64,000 bases of DNA, taken from Botryllus schlosseri. Its lineage: Eukaryota. A program made the translations under genes and the position numbers. The notes below the pieces were generated by a model. That model ran no database searches. It worked only from the letters and a program-made list of their open reading frames with translations, and had not been told where the DNA came from. Positions 46,401 through 57,733 of the stretch are shown piece by piece; position 1 is the stretch's first letter; every line of letters starts with the position of its first letter. The stretch lies in contig CM119383.1 in assembly GCA_051294905.1 (NCBI GenBank), positions 11,532,001-11,596,000 of the forward strand, in the 5' to 3' direction.

Positions 46401-49400
46401 TAGTCTATGGTTCATAGCAGGGACGGGCAACTTCTCCGGTCGACGGGTCGGATATCGCAAAGTCACTCAGACATCTGTGGTCGGTCAAATTTGCCAATAA
46501 GTTCTTTGAACTCTGGCTGCATGTCGCATGTAGGAACCTTTAGTAAAGACTGCACGTGAACATCTGTTATACTGGAACGCAGTCTTGTCTCGTTGATTTT
46601 CATGGTCGAAAATGTATGTAGATCCGAGCAGAGCAAGTAGTTTCTTGTCCATCCTTCTCGGGTTGGCAAAGTTGGATTCATTTTGTGACGCATAAAATTT
46701 GTCAATACTTTCAGAATACATTTCACTTTCAGGGTAGAAACTCTCAGCGGGTCGGATATTGCCCGTCCCTGGTTTATAGTCACAATTGATAATATGAATA
46801 CAGATGTCCGCACAGTGAGAAGCATACATTTTGTTTCGTATTGAATTCATAAACGCAATCATTTTAAACCTACAGAGTACTCCCATGATGTAACATGGAG
46901 TCCAGAATCTAGGTAAAGCATTTAGAATTATAGGGAAATGTCTGAATGTCTTACTGTACTCTAGTTGGCAATCGAACGGAGTGAACACATCATCAATTCA
47001 CACATTTTATCTCATCAATGGAGATGTGAAAGACAGTATCAATCATAAATTAATGTTTCGTTCTTCTGTTGGCAGGCGACGCACTGAACAAACAAATTGT
47101 GATTACATTGGCGGAGAACGCTACTACTTTCTCTTGATTTTGCAGCATCAAATATTTAACAGGAGTGTTGAAGACTTGACAACACAAGTGCCGGCACATT
47201 ATTAGTTCCGAGTCGGGCAATTCCCAAAGCACAAGTGAAATTTGTACAGATTTGAAAAAAGGGAAAAAATTTTAACATAATAGTATTGATTAGAAGAATT
47301 ATTACACCAAAATTATCAGCACAAGCTAAACTTCTACTGAATTTGTTGTTTTAGGAACAATTCCATTCGGAATATCAACAATAGTAGTCCTTCGACGCTC
47401 AAAAGGATTTGAATTTACCCCGTTCCAGACTAAAAGAATACCTCGACAAATACAATTTTATATATTGAATGAAGTCTAGAAAAACAGCAATTACTATTCC
47501 AGGTATTTGGTCGGAAAGCCACCAGTTATCTCAAACACATAGTAGGCTTTGAAACCAGACCAGTGTAATAGCTGCAGTATCAACATACCCGATCAAGTTT
47601 ACCAGAAGATATTCAATACACTGTCAGTTACTCATACCGAGCAGTCATAGCACACTTTTCGGACATACCATAAGATGAGCTTAGTTTTGTAAAGTCATAT
47701 TGTTTAGTGTTGATATAGCCCTACCCTACCTTAATGCTGAAGCAATATGGTACATTGTAGAATTCAACCGAACTTGCAACGTCTTAGAAATTACAAGACC
47801 TTGTTAGGTCTGCTGTGGAAACTAACAAGGTCTTATATATATCGTCTGCTATCGGCGCAACAAAGTATTAAAATTACAGTGATTTCAATCAGTGAAATTA
47901 AACTGAACGCGATAGGTAGAACCAATCTCACAACTAAAAATGTTTATATCTGGAAATGGAGGGTTACAATATATTTGTGTATGTTGTATAGTTGCATGTA
48001 TAAGAGAACCCCCGAAAGATACAGAGCAATTTCAACAAAGAACTGGATTTTGAGAGTGCGACCAATTAATCTAGTATTGACGTAAAGGACAGCAAAAAAG
48101 TACAACTCCCTATTACTCCCTATTAGTATTCTAGTTTGACAACTTGATATCAGGTCACATAATTGTGTGCTAACTTAAATATAGTGGCATAGTAAATCAG
48201 GTGATCCTGTGTGCCGAAAATAGACCTATTAGAATTTTGCAAACAAGATCATGAAGGCACATAAAACTGAAGTCACTGACACCAAGCGCGCTGATGTCTA
48301 TACTATTTGGGCTACAGACAGCATTATGACATCCCGTGAATTATAAAAGTTTGAGTACTTTTTAAGAGTTTGCACTCACCAGTATCAACCTAAACATAGT
48401 GTACAGAATTCAATTTTCAGCATATAATTTTAGTTACTGCAATAATGTATAACTGAAACCCTGTGTGAATTACCAGCTCCACCAAAATGAACAAACTTGA
48501 CCACTTCAGTACTGGAAAAAATCTGATTGCAGTTAGACATAACAGCGACCTGAACAATCAATACAAAAACCAAACGTTTGAAGCATCAGGTTTTAAAATT
48601 AACGTAACTACGGAAGTGAAATCTTCAATGACCTTACAGCGAAGAATTGTGTCAACCGTGAATACGGCTGTAGTGAGTCAAATCAGCAACAACTTTCAAA
48701 GGGCAACGCAAGACCAATCAATGGTCAAATGTTGATCACTGCCTAGTTACCGAGCTATTATTGAACACCAACAGTCCTCTGTGAAACCAGATCACAACCA
48801 GTCATCATATCTAGTAGAGAGTATCTCTGAACCTCCTCTCTAGCTAACAGAAAGTTAGCAGGATGCATGCAACACACGACGCGCATTGGGAAAGTCCCAT
48901 TAGACCTGCGTTGAGAGCAATCATAACCATCACTTTTTAGAAAGGTAAAAATTTTCACCTATCAATAATATTAATAGCCTGTTTAGTTGATATGAATACA
49001 ACTAATCACTGCGCTGAAATTTTCGGCATGCCACAGTATTGTAAAACATGGTGGTGGGTTGGGTACTGTAGTATAATACCTTTGAAGGTGTGGCTGTATA
49101 GAGAATATCAATGGAATTTAGGTTTAGCCCTTGGAGAGTATGACTCTCAGGCACTAAGAAACAGACACTACCTTTCTTAGGTTTCAACAGTTCAAAAGAA
49201 CTTATCTCCGACGGTTGCCGAGCTGAGGCAAACACAATATTTAAGCCAACCTTCCCTTGCAATCCCACGGCCATTCATACCTGTACTGGGGCCTAACTGT
49301 GCATGATGTACAGGGTTGGACCATACAGCACACCAGAGCGACACTACACCGGTACATTCTAGATGGCGTTAATCCACAAATTTGATTTGTCAACTTTAAG

Positions 49401-52400
49401 AAGCATATTTATTATATATATAGTTAATACAAGAATCATTAGCAGCCTAAATTAGTAATAAATAGTAGACAAATGAATACCTGTATGATTGCACGTCACG
49501 GACATGGTTGATTAATGTAATGATCTCATAGCAAGTCTTCGGCACACCATGATCCGGCCAACTGGTGTAATGAAACTGTTTGATGTAGCGAGTTTCCTGC
49601 AAATAGCAAATTGCGAAAAAAGCTGAATTGCATTCAACAGCATCAACGTTAACTAATAAGATAGTCCGCATTAGACCACGCTAAAATTGATCATCTGCCG
49701 ATAAAAACAATGTAAATCATATCCTGTGATTCATGAAGATTTTTGGGCTTTTAATAATACCATAAATACAAAATACTGAATACTCAATCACAAATTCCGG
49801 GGCGTTATCGTGATTACAATGGTTGACAACATAATGCCAACATCTCTTCTCTGGAAGGGAAGTGTTTAATACATGCAAATGATATGAACAATCTCTTGAT
49901 TCTTCCATATTGCTGCACTCACAACAAATACTTATTGGAACGAGTGTCCTACAAAAAGGCGGCATCTTATTGATAAATGGGAAGCCCTACAATTTAGACT
50001 TCAGATCAAGGTCTATGCAAAAATGAATGCGGAAAGCACATTTAACACATAAATGACAGTGACGCCACATGAGCAATGACATGCAGCTCAATGGAGACAT
50101 TCCAGCGCCCAAGTATATCATAGTTCATTGACACAAGGCTCCAAACCACATCTTTCACACTTCTAGGCTAATGCCACAATAAAGCATGTCACACTGGGAA
50201 GATAATGTCACAATGGTAAGAAATAAAAAGAGGATTACCTGGCCATTAACTACTTTCATCACTCGTAAGCAGTAGCCCTCTTCTAAATTATCATCACTTT
50301 CCTGCCAAAAACAAAAGAACAAGGGAATTACGGACAAGTTGAACGTAACAGGCATTACTGAAGTAAGAAACTCGGCCGTATCATGCACCCAATATTGTGC
50401 AAAGATTTCAAAGGGCATGACCTGTTGATTATATCACTTCACGAAATAAATGGTGGCAGGCAGTCTTGGAATTGGTGAATTTGGGAGCGTTCCCTGTCAA
50501 GACAGGCGGGCGGATATGGAATCTGAGTCCAAGGACCTGGTGAAACGTTTAAAAATAGGTATGGTATCTATAAATTCCCAGCAGAGAGAGCAAAATGATC
50601 TGATGATTATCAGGTCGATAAATTATCTTCATCCAAATTCGCTAGATCTCAAATAAAATTCTTCAAATAAACAGCAAATACACATTCAATAGCGATTGTT
50701 GCCAATTAATGCACACGAAGACAGAAGAAATCAAAGGAATCTCATTGTTTTTACACGTTGGAACAACATGACGCATCAATGACACGATGCCTGCTTCAAC
50801 ATGATACAACAGTTCCTGCTATGATACATACCGACTGATCAGATTTGAACTTGAAACCAATGATCCACGTCAGGTTATTCAAATTTCTTAACGTTGTTTT
50901 CAAAGGATAATCCTAAATGTTTTCACGGGATAGATCGAGGAAATATTCATATATATTCACATATTTTACATGCAGATGAGTGTCTTTTACATCAAAAATG
51001 CTGTGATTACCTATTTGATGACCTGTGAACTTAGTGGAAGCATGAATTAGCCTACTCAAATTGTTATTTCACTTTCAACATCCAGTGAATCCAACGACTC
51101 AATTTCAAACTGAACTGTACTTTTGTGCAAGACATCCAATTATTACATTGCAAACCATGCCTTTATGCTCATTACTCAAATAAGTATCTCAATCAATCCC
51201 AAATCACTGTGTCATCAGCCAGGCTTCATTTCCCTAGTCGAAAGTAGTTGAGTCGACAGTAGGTATTACTCATTTGCAGTGGTCTTAGGGAAACAATGTC
51301 AGCTGTAGAGGCCATCACTAACAGGCTTAATTCTCCAAAAGTGTCAACAAGCTGGTCAGGTATTGGTGTGATAATTAAATTCCAGTCAATCAGGAGGGAC
51401 TGTTTCGCGGCAATATGGATACTTCAATCGCTATATACACAAGACTCCCCGGGCATAACAAACACACTGTGTTCTGCTCGAAGTGTTTCGGTTTGGTATG
51501 TGTGCAGACACTGCCTTGAATGTTTACCAATAAACATTACATCGCTTACAGAGCCTAAACACTGTGCGCTGCTTTCTGTTCAAAAGCGTACAGAGTACTA
51601 CATATCACATGAAAATAATTATTCACTATAGAATGTGCCTGTGGAGGAGTATGCCAACTAGATAACAGTCACATCCCGTGAACAAGGACTTCACGTAAAT
51701 TCGATTTCTCTACAACGTGCGACTGACGAAAAGAGATTCATAATAGTTTTCTTTTTTCAGTAGGAATCCAGTATAATGGTGTCTGTGGCACCTTGCGCAA
51801 GCATTAAGGCAGCTGGTTCCATTGTATAGGAAACAGCACCCGATATCCAACGATCAGCTTAATTACACGATTTGCTGTGCGTTTATCATGGCTGTCTGCA
51901 GTATTCTGCATATCCCATGGACGACTGATCTATTCGTATCAATGCCGCTACACTCAGCATTTACTGGTACCATTATCAAGCAATTTAGCCATTAAATGCA
52001 GACGTACCGATGTTACAGTAATAGATCCGAAGGTCTTAGTCTCTCCTCTGTTCGCCCAGTACCTGAAGAAAAAGTTATTTTCATGACGTGTTTAAACATA
52101 TTAGCGGTATCAATTTGCTGCAATTACGTGCGTATAAAACAAACTTTTCACATTCACATTTTCACATACTTGGGGCCTCCAAAGTGGAATCAGTCAATTC
52201 CAAATATTTAGGCTATTTATTAATACATTAATACATTTCAGCCCGTCAATTTAAATGGCTAAATCGACCTGTCTGTCATACAATTTTATTAACGCAAAAC
52301 CAATCCTGTATTTGAATGGCAATTGCTGGACCATGGAGACCGTTTCAAAGTTTAATTAGATGGAAGAAACATCAATGACTGTCAAATTTCAACAGAAATA

Positions 52401-55400
52401 GGATCACAATGTAGGAAGCCATAGAATTTGTGACAATAGAACTAATGCAAGGCAGCAAGAAGACAGCATACGACACAGCTGCCGGCAGTTTCCTGCTTGC
52501 TAAACAAGACGTTTCGATCATAACACAATGGGATGACAGGATAGTGTAATCAGCTATACAATGTGTCAACTGATACCAAATGAGATATTTGACATTACTG
52601 CGACACTGTCACAAAATCTGGGCGTCGCAAGCATTGCTGATCAGGGTTGGCGAGAAGTCATCCACTAGCACACGGAGTGGGCAAAAATTGTCAAGTGCAA
52701 CACATGTTACAGTGAGGTGTGGTTGTGAGAATATGTAAATACCATATGCAATGTTTATGTCGATATGTAGGCGTGAGCCTAGGTACAGAATGATTGATAG
52801 TATGGGATAGCATTTGGGAATTGAAATCAGTAACAGTAAAAGTACAATACTAAAGCAGCTATCCTTAGCTTCAATCCATTCCCAATTTCCATAAAGCACA
52901 TTTATGTAGTGATTTTACTGTACCATTGGGACATTGAATTGCTCTCCACTTCAATAGTGTAGTGCTGTACTCGAGCCAAGTCTAGGGCTCCTTTATATAC
53001 TGTACTACCGCAATCGTTATTGTGAAAGATAGAAAAGCGATAACATACGCAAATAACGAGTAGACGCGGATTACCTTTCACATTTCTTCTTGCCAAGCTC
53101 AATTTCCCGGCACACCATGACAACGACGTTGACATTGTACTGCCATAGCATTTGCCAAAAATCCAAAACTGTGTGTGGGAGCGGTCCTTGGGAGGCGATA
53201 TAGCTTTTTCGGTTATCAGCACCCTGAAAATGTGAATTGATACTGTCTATTTTTTCAATTAATGATGAAGATTTAAAATTTTTGTCTGCACCATCGTGGT
53301 TCTTGGACGATGGAGATGAGAAGGAACCATTATCAAGTCAGCATCACCATTTTCCATTCTACGCTATCCCGGAGTGCTGAGGCCTAGTAGGGAGGATGCG
53401 GATACCAGTTTCATAACAAGTCTTTGGTATGACCTGGCTGGGGATTGAGCCCATGACCAACCGATGAAGAAGCTGGACGCTATGTCAGGGACAAATTACC
53501 GTACCAATCAGTTGTCGGGGAATTTAAGTCCAAGACAACCAATTTGAGCATTACACTTCCATGTTTCGATTCATACCAAAATGGATTGTTCAATTTCAGA
53601 GCTTTAATGGATGTAGTGAGAAAATTAGGCAAAACAGCACTTCCCACAACGAGAAACTGAAAATTGAGACACAGGAACTCTCAAACAATGTTGCCAGTTG
53701 TTTAATATATCAATCCCAATGGCCTATGCATTGTCTTTGTGAAAAAATGCAAGGATAACCTTGGTGAGAAAACATTGAATACTAGCTCGATATGCGTTCT
53801 TCAATTACCTGAGTGTACTTTTTCCATTCAAAGAGTTTACGAGAAAAATGAATGGAAAAGTGATGAAGTCATTTCAAGCAACATAAGTTCCTACTGCTCA
53901 AGCTTTTTGGGAATTAAAGAAAAACAATTTGACACAAATAATAAGAAATTGGGCGATTGACGGTTTTTCTCAGGTATTTGTTCTGGAATTCATGATCTGC
54001 ATGAAGTCAAACTATACCTTTCAAGAGTACATCCCCCAGGGAGCAACCTACTAGAGCAGTCTAGGTATGCAGACTCAGTGCTTAGGAAATCAATAAGTAG
54101 GTTTTAGGTTATGTCTTAGGTGGTATACTTAGTTGACCTGATATACAAGGCCAAAAATCAATAATAAAAATCGTTAAATTCCCCAAAATGTCAACGACTT
54201 TATTAGAGTAACCTGTTACTGGTGGGTGCCTTTCTTTCACCTAGACTTATATATATAATTTTACAGGACTAAAGCCGATGGTGTACAATGTATGTATAAT
54301 ATATAAGAAAATATCAACATCACCGGTTTTCCAATGTGGCACCGTCACACAAATTATCACTATCAAGATTGTGAACATATGTAAAGGTTATGTTGATCAA
54401 CTCTCATATAGAATCTGTTTTAATGACAGAATACCCCCTTCCATTCCAACCATGCAGTTACCATTCCAAGTTTTGACTATGACCTACTGAGTCAAAGGCC
54501 AACTCATAAGGCACAACAGTAATAGGAAATGACATATATTTTTCTTTTGATGTCTGTCCTGCCTTGGATCCCCAACTCAAAAACTTTTCCAAGGCCACTG
54601 TTGACATTATAGTCTCGACAAAAAAATTGATGTGTATGATGTATATGACAACTGAGACTGGCCCGCAACAAAGCAATTCATCGAATTTTAAAATTGGACA
54701 TATCCTTAGATTAACACAAACAAAAAGAGCTGGGGAAATGGGAGGTATTATAGGAGAAATGAGGAGAGAGTGTCAGAGATTACCGACATTTTTTGATAAC
54801 AATGCAAAGGAAATGGATAGCAATTAGATTAAAAATGGCTGAGCCAACATTTAAATAGTAGCATAGAATAGGAGACTAGGTACTCGGTGGCAAATTGGCG
54901 ATTCAACTGGCTATCGTGGTGTTTCTATGCAGTGAACACTGAACACGCATCTTTTTGTCTATCAAATAATTCACACACTAGATCACATCTAAATGACAAA
55001 GCGAAAGTTGTTCTGCACATATTGCAATTAACAACAAGACATATGAAGTTGTTACATATGTCATCATCCTTATCATTATGTTGGGTTTGATATGTTATAA
55101 GAACAGTCTGAAATCTCCACGTCTGGCTATGTGAAGTAGGTTTCTGCTGTGAGTCCGAAGATTTGTCACAGCACTGAAAGCACGTTCTTATAAATATAAG
55201 CCAGCAGGGGCAATGAGTAAAAATTTAACCCGACTCCCGGGAGAGTACTTCTATATGATTCAATTGTGTTTCAAGAACGATTGATAGTAAGAGATAATGA
55301 ACTTGGGTGTGAGCGCAAAATTGTTCTATAATGTAGACGGCTCTTAAACTTGCATAATTTCATGCTCGGAAATTTCACGGAATGTACTGATTATCCAGCG

Positions 55401-57733
55401 AAGAACTTCTGATTGAAATACATCCTGAAATCAAATTAGCATGTATCCTTGTGCAGTATTTCGAGATGAATGCTGTATGCTATTACGTCGAAATTCGATA
55501 GGCTTTTGCAAACAGGACCGTTATCAAGCCCAGGCAAGCTTGAGAGTCGGAAAAGTTGACGTCTTGGTGAATCTCGCTCATCTATCATAGGCTTCGTACT
55601 GAATCCAGACAGCTCCATTTTCACCTTGATCAGATTTCATCATTAACAAAAAAGGATAAATTTGACTCACAAAACCTGATGAATAACCTGTGTTCGTCAA
55701 TTATAACTTTATAAGCGATATCTTTTCTTGCAACCAGAACTTTTCTGGGATAGGGTCGTATCAGATTGAAATTTCATGACCGTTTGAAACAGAGTAAAAT
55801 TGCGGAAGGCGGTTTTCCTAAAGCCATTGCACCTAACTGTGCAATTGTGCATCAATATAAGTGTTCAAATACATCTTAGTTCTCACCACACAATATACCA
55901 CACTTTATGGTGATTCTGCCGACAGTTGAATCAGTCCATTGATGGGCAGGATATATATTGTTGAGCAACGATCGAATTTTCCGGTACTGCTCTTGATCAG
56001 ACCGACGCCTGGATCGACCATAAATTGCCTTGACATAACCGATTTTGCAGTTTTTACTGCATATTTTGCTGTTTTCTTCATCAATCGTTTCAACACTACG
56101 CAGCATTTTACCTCTAAACCTCCACCGCCCCCAATCCCCCATTTCGGGGTCAGCGCCCCTTTCACGCTCGCCAACGCCCCCACTTTGGGAACCACTGCAC
56201 TAGATATTAAAATTCTGTACACTTTACCAACAGAGGAGACTGGGAATAATTCTTCCGAAAAGGAAATGACATATAGCAGGGATACTCAACACTGTGTCTA
56301 TGACATTCTCAATTAAAGAATAATTATTATGATTTCTATGCCACAATATCCAGTACATAAAACTGAGAGGGGGCAGGAGCATATTCGGGTCTTTGGCTAT
56401 ACCACTGACAGAGACATATAATTGTAGATCATACCTGAATGAAGCTGGCATTGATATAGTCCGAGTTTGGATCATTATTCGTCATTGTCAGCTTCACTCT
56501 TGTGGCATCGACTAAAATTAAAAGTCATGAATGTCTAAATTCGGAAAGATATCCGGTAATGATGCTATTGAAAAGATGTCTAGTTGAAATATTAGTTGCT
56601 AATTATACAGAATTAATATTACTGTACATAACGATACAGCATGCAAACAAATCTTAACATTATTTTATCATTGGTATATCACGTGTGTAAACAATTATTT
56701 TGGTCTAAACATTTCGATATATGTCGTGATAAGTGGTGACAAGTATAAAATCGAAACGGGATAAGGAATCTTTGAACTTTACAGAACCTACATGCAAAGC
56801 ACACGTCTTCCAGAGATATCTCAAGCTTACGTGACATATGTGTGTCCTATGCTTGAGTATTCGCACTTCGCAGTAGGCCATACATAACAGGCGATATAAC
56901 AAGCAGGGATAGCGAGACTACAGAGCATGATTATATCTCATATTATAAGGAAGCTCATGCATTAGGCTTTACATTATTAATGCAAACTACAGGCAATATG
57001 AATAGCAACAGTCCAAGGTATCCTGCGATACTTCACTGTTAGATAAGTGACAAGATCGACTGGACCTGTGACTTAAACATTTGTTACAGTATTCATGATA
57101 TGAGCCAAACTTACATGGAGCAATATCCTTGTATCGATTTTTCTTCCGATTTTCTGCAATCATTCCGGCACATGACTGGTATTCTATATCGTCGCTTTGC
57201 TTCAAGTCTTGGCTAAGGTTTTTCAAGTCCTTTAAAACACAAAATTCATTTAGAATACGGCGATATATATAGCAGTATGGCATTTAGTGGTAAAATAACA
57301 TTGAATTTTATGCTATTATGTGAAAAATGTGTATAAAGTATAATATTACTTTTTATTCAACGGTTGGCAAAATAATAAATCTTTATCTCTCTCATACCAG
57401 AATATCAATGTTCAATGATACAAGAGTTGAGCCAACGGCAATTAAATTGAGCAATTACTAGTTATTTAAAGTAATGACACAGTGTTTGTCTCCTAAAACA
57501 TTACAAGCAGAATAACCTATTATAGGTCTGCCAATTCACTGCAAAAATAATTAGCAGACGCCTTACTAGCATTCCCGATTGTAACTGATCGGATAAAAAA
57601 CAGCAATACAAGAGAAACTTACCCTAAAGTCAATTTCATACTGAGTGGCCGGTATACGACTGCTGGATACAATTTGGTAATAATCAGCAACACGTTGGAT
57701 GAATGAATTTAAACAGCTATTGTCCTGTGTCAT
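31486..57733 (-). CDS. PTPN12: Non-receptor protein tyrosine phosphatase, PTP-PEST family (PTPN12/18/22-like), >=951 aa traced. Exons 57733-57623, 57229-57115, 56511-56435, 53223-53075, 52062-52008, 50301-50239, 49596-49481, 45835-45733, 44835-44758, 43546-43445, 42997-42672, 40434-39290, 38020-37949, 36649-36569, 35738-35664, 34851-34810, 32515-32440, 31552-31486. Last exon(s) unresolved.
   Basis: Spliced product has FIQRV near the N-terminus (as in PTPN12), KNRYKDIAPF, DYINASFI, YIASQGP, DFWQMLWQY..VVVMVCREIELGKKKCERYW, FHYTSWPDHGVP, LCIHCSAGCGRTG and QMRRQRPAIVQTKEQY. A Pro-rich tail follows, containing APPLPERT. All junctions are GT-AG and phase-consistent. No signal peptide or TM segment. 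The small tail exons (38020-31486) are less certain than the catalytic exons. Confidence 0.88.
40765..41614 (+). mobile_element. hAT-Charlie type deletion derivative, 850 bp
   Basis: TIRs CAGTGGTTCTCAACC / GGTTGAGAACCACTG. Perfect TSD ATCTAGAA. Remnant FTTTYLCENGFSAHVGIKSKAR (~41277-41340) matches the hAT C-terminal dimerisation motif. Confidence 0.92.
42540..42631. mobile_element. Right end of a Charlie-type hAT element (partial)
   Basis: GCGGCCCGCGGCC...GAGTTGGCGACACTTG resembles the right end of 5608-6968. Left end not found. Confidence 0.45.
43986..44130. repeat. TTAGGG-containing imperfect hairpin related to 23193-23856
   Basis: GATATTAGGGTTG..GATATTAGGGTTAGGG / CCCCTAACC..CAACCCTAATATTCC is followed by CGAAAAAAGAATTTATTTTTCCGTTTATAAATTTT, which matches ~23688-23722. 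Confidence 0.6.
45280..45374 (-). mobile_element. tRNA-derived SINE head (degenerate)
   Basis: Minus strand TAGCGTAAGGGTGGAGCGTCCGGC..GTCGTGGGTTTCATCACCAGCCGGGTCAGGCCAAAGACC has A-box-like and decayed B-box-like motifs. Second copy at 53420-53482. Confidence 0.5.
46418..46771 (-). mobile_element. 354-bp hAT derivative retaining only the transposase C-terminal coding segment
   Basis: TIRs CAGGGACGGGCAA / TTGCCCGTCCCTG. TSD GTTCATAG / GTTTATAG (7/8). The minus strand reads KKLLALLGSTY and, in another frame, FSTMKINETRLRSSITDVHVQSLLKV..QPEFKELI. Confidence 0.88.
53290..53482 (-). mobile_element. tRNA-derived SINE (degenerate)
   Basis: GTCTTTGGTATGACCTGGCTGGGGATTGAGCCCATGACC..GAAGAAGCTGGACGCT is colinear with 45297-45360. 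Confidence 0.5.
55990..56197. mobile_element. Right end of a hAT-Charlie type element (partial)
   Basis: Ends CCCACTTTGGGAACCACTG followed by CACTAGAT, a CTAG-centred target like the other hAT sites. Left TIR not found. Confidence 0.55.
56800..56930 (+). mobile_element. Decayed CR1/Jockey-group LINE reverse-transcriptase fragment
   Basis: Reading QAYVTYVCPMLEYS..*..I*..LQ resembles the AY.T.VRP.LEY...W.P....I..LE.VQ motif. Stops are present. Confidence 0.35.
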
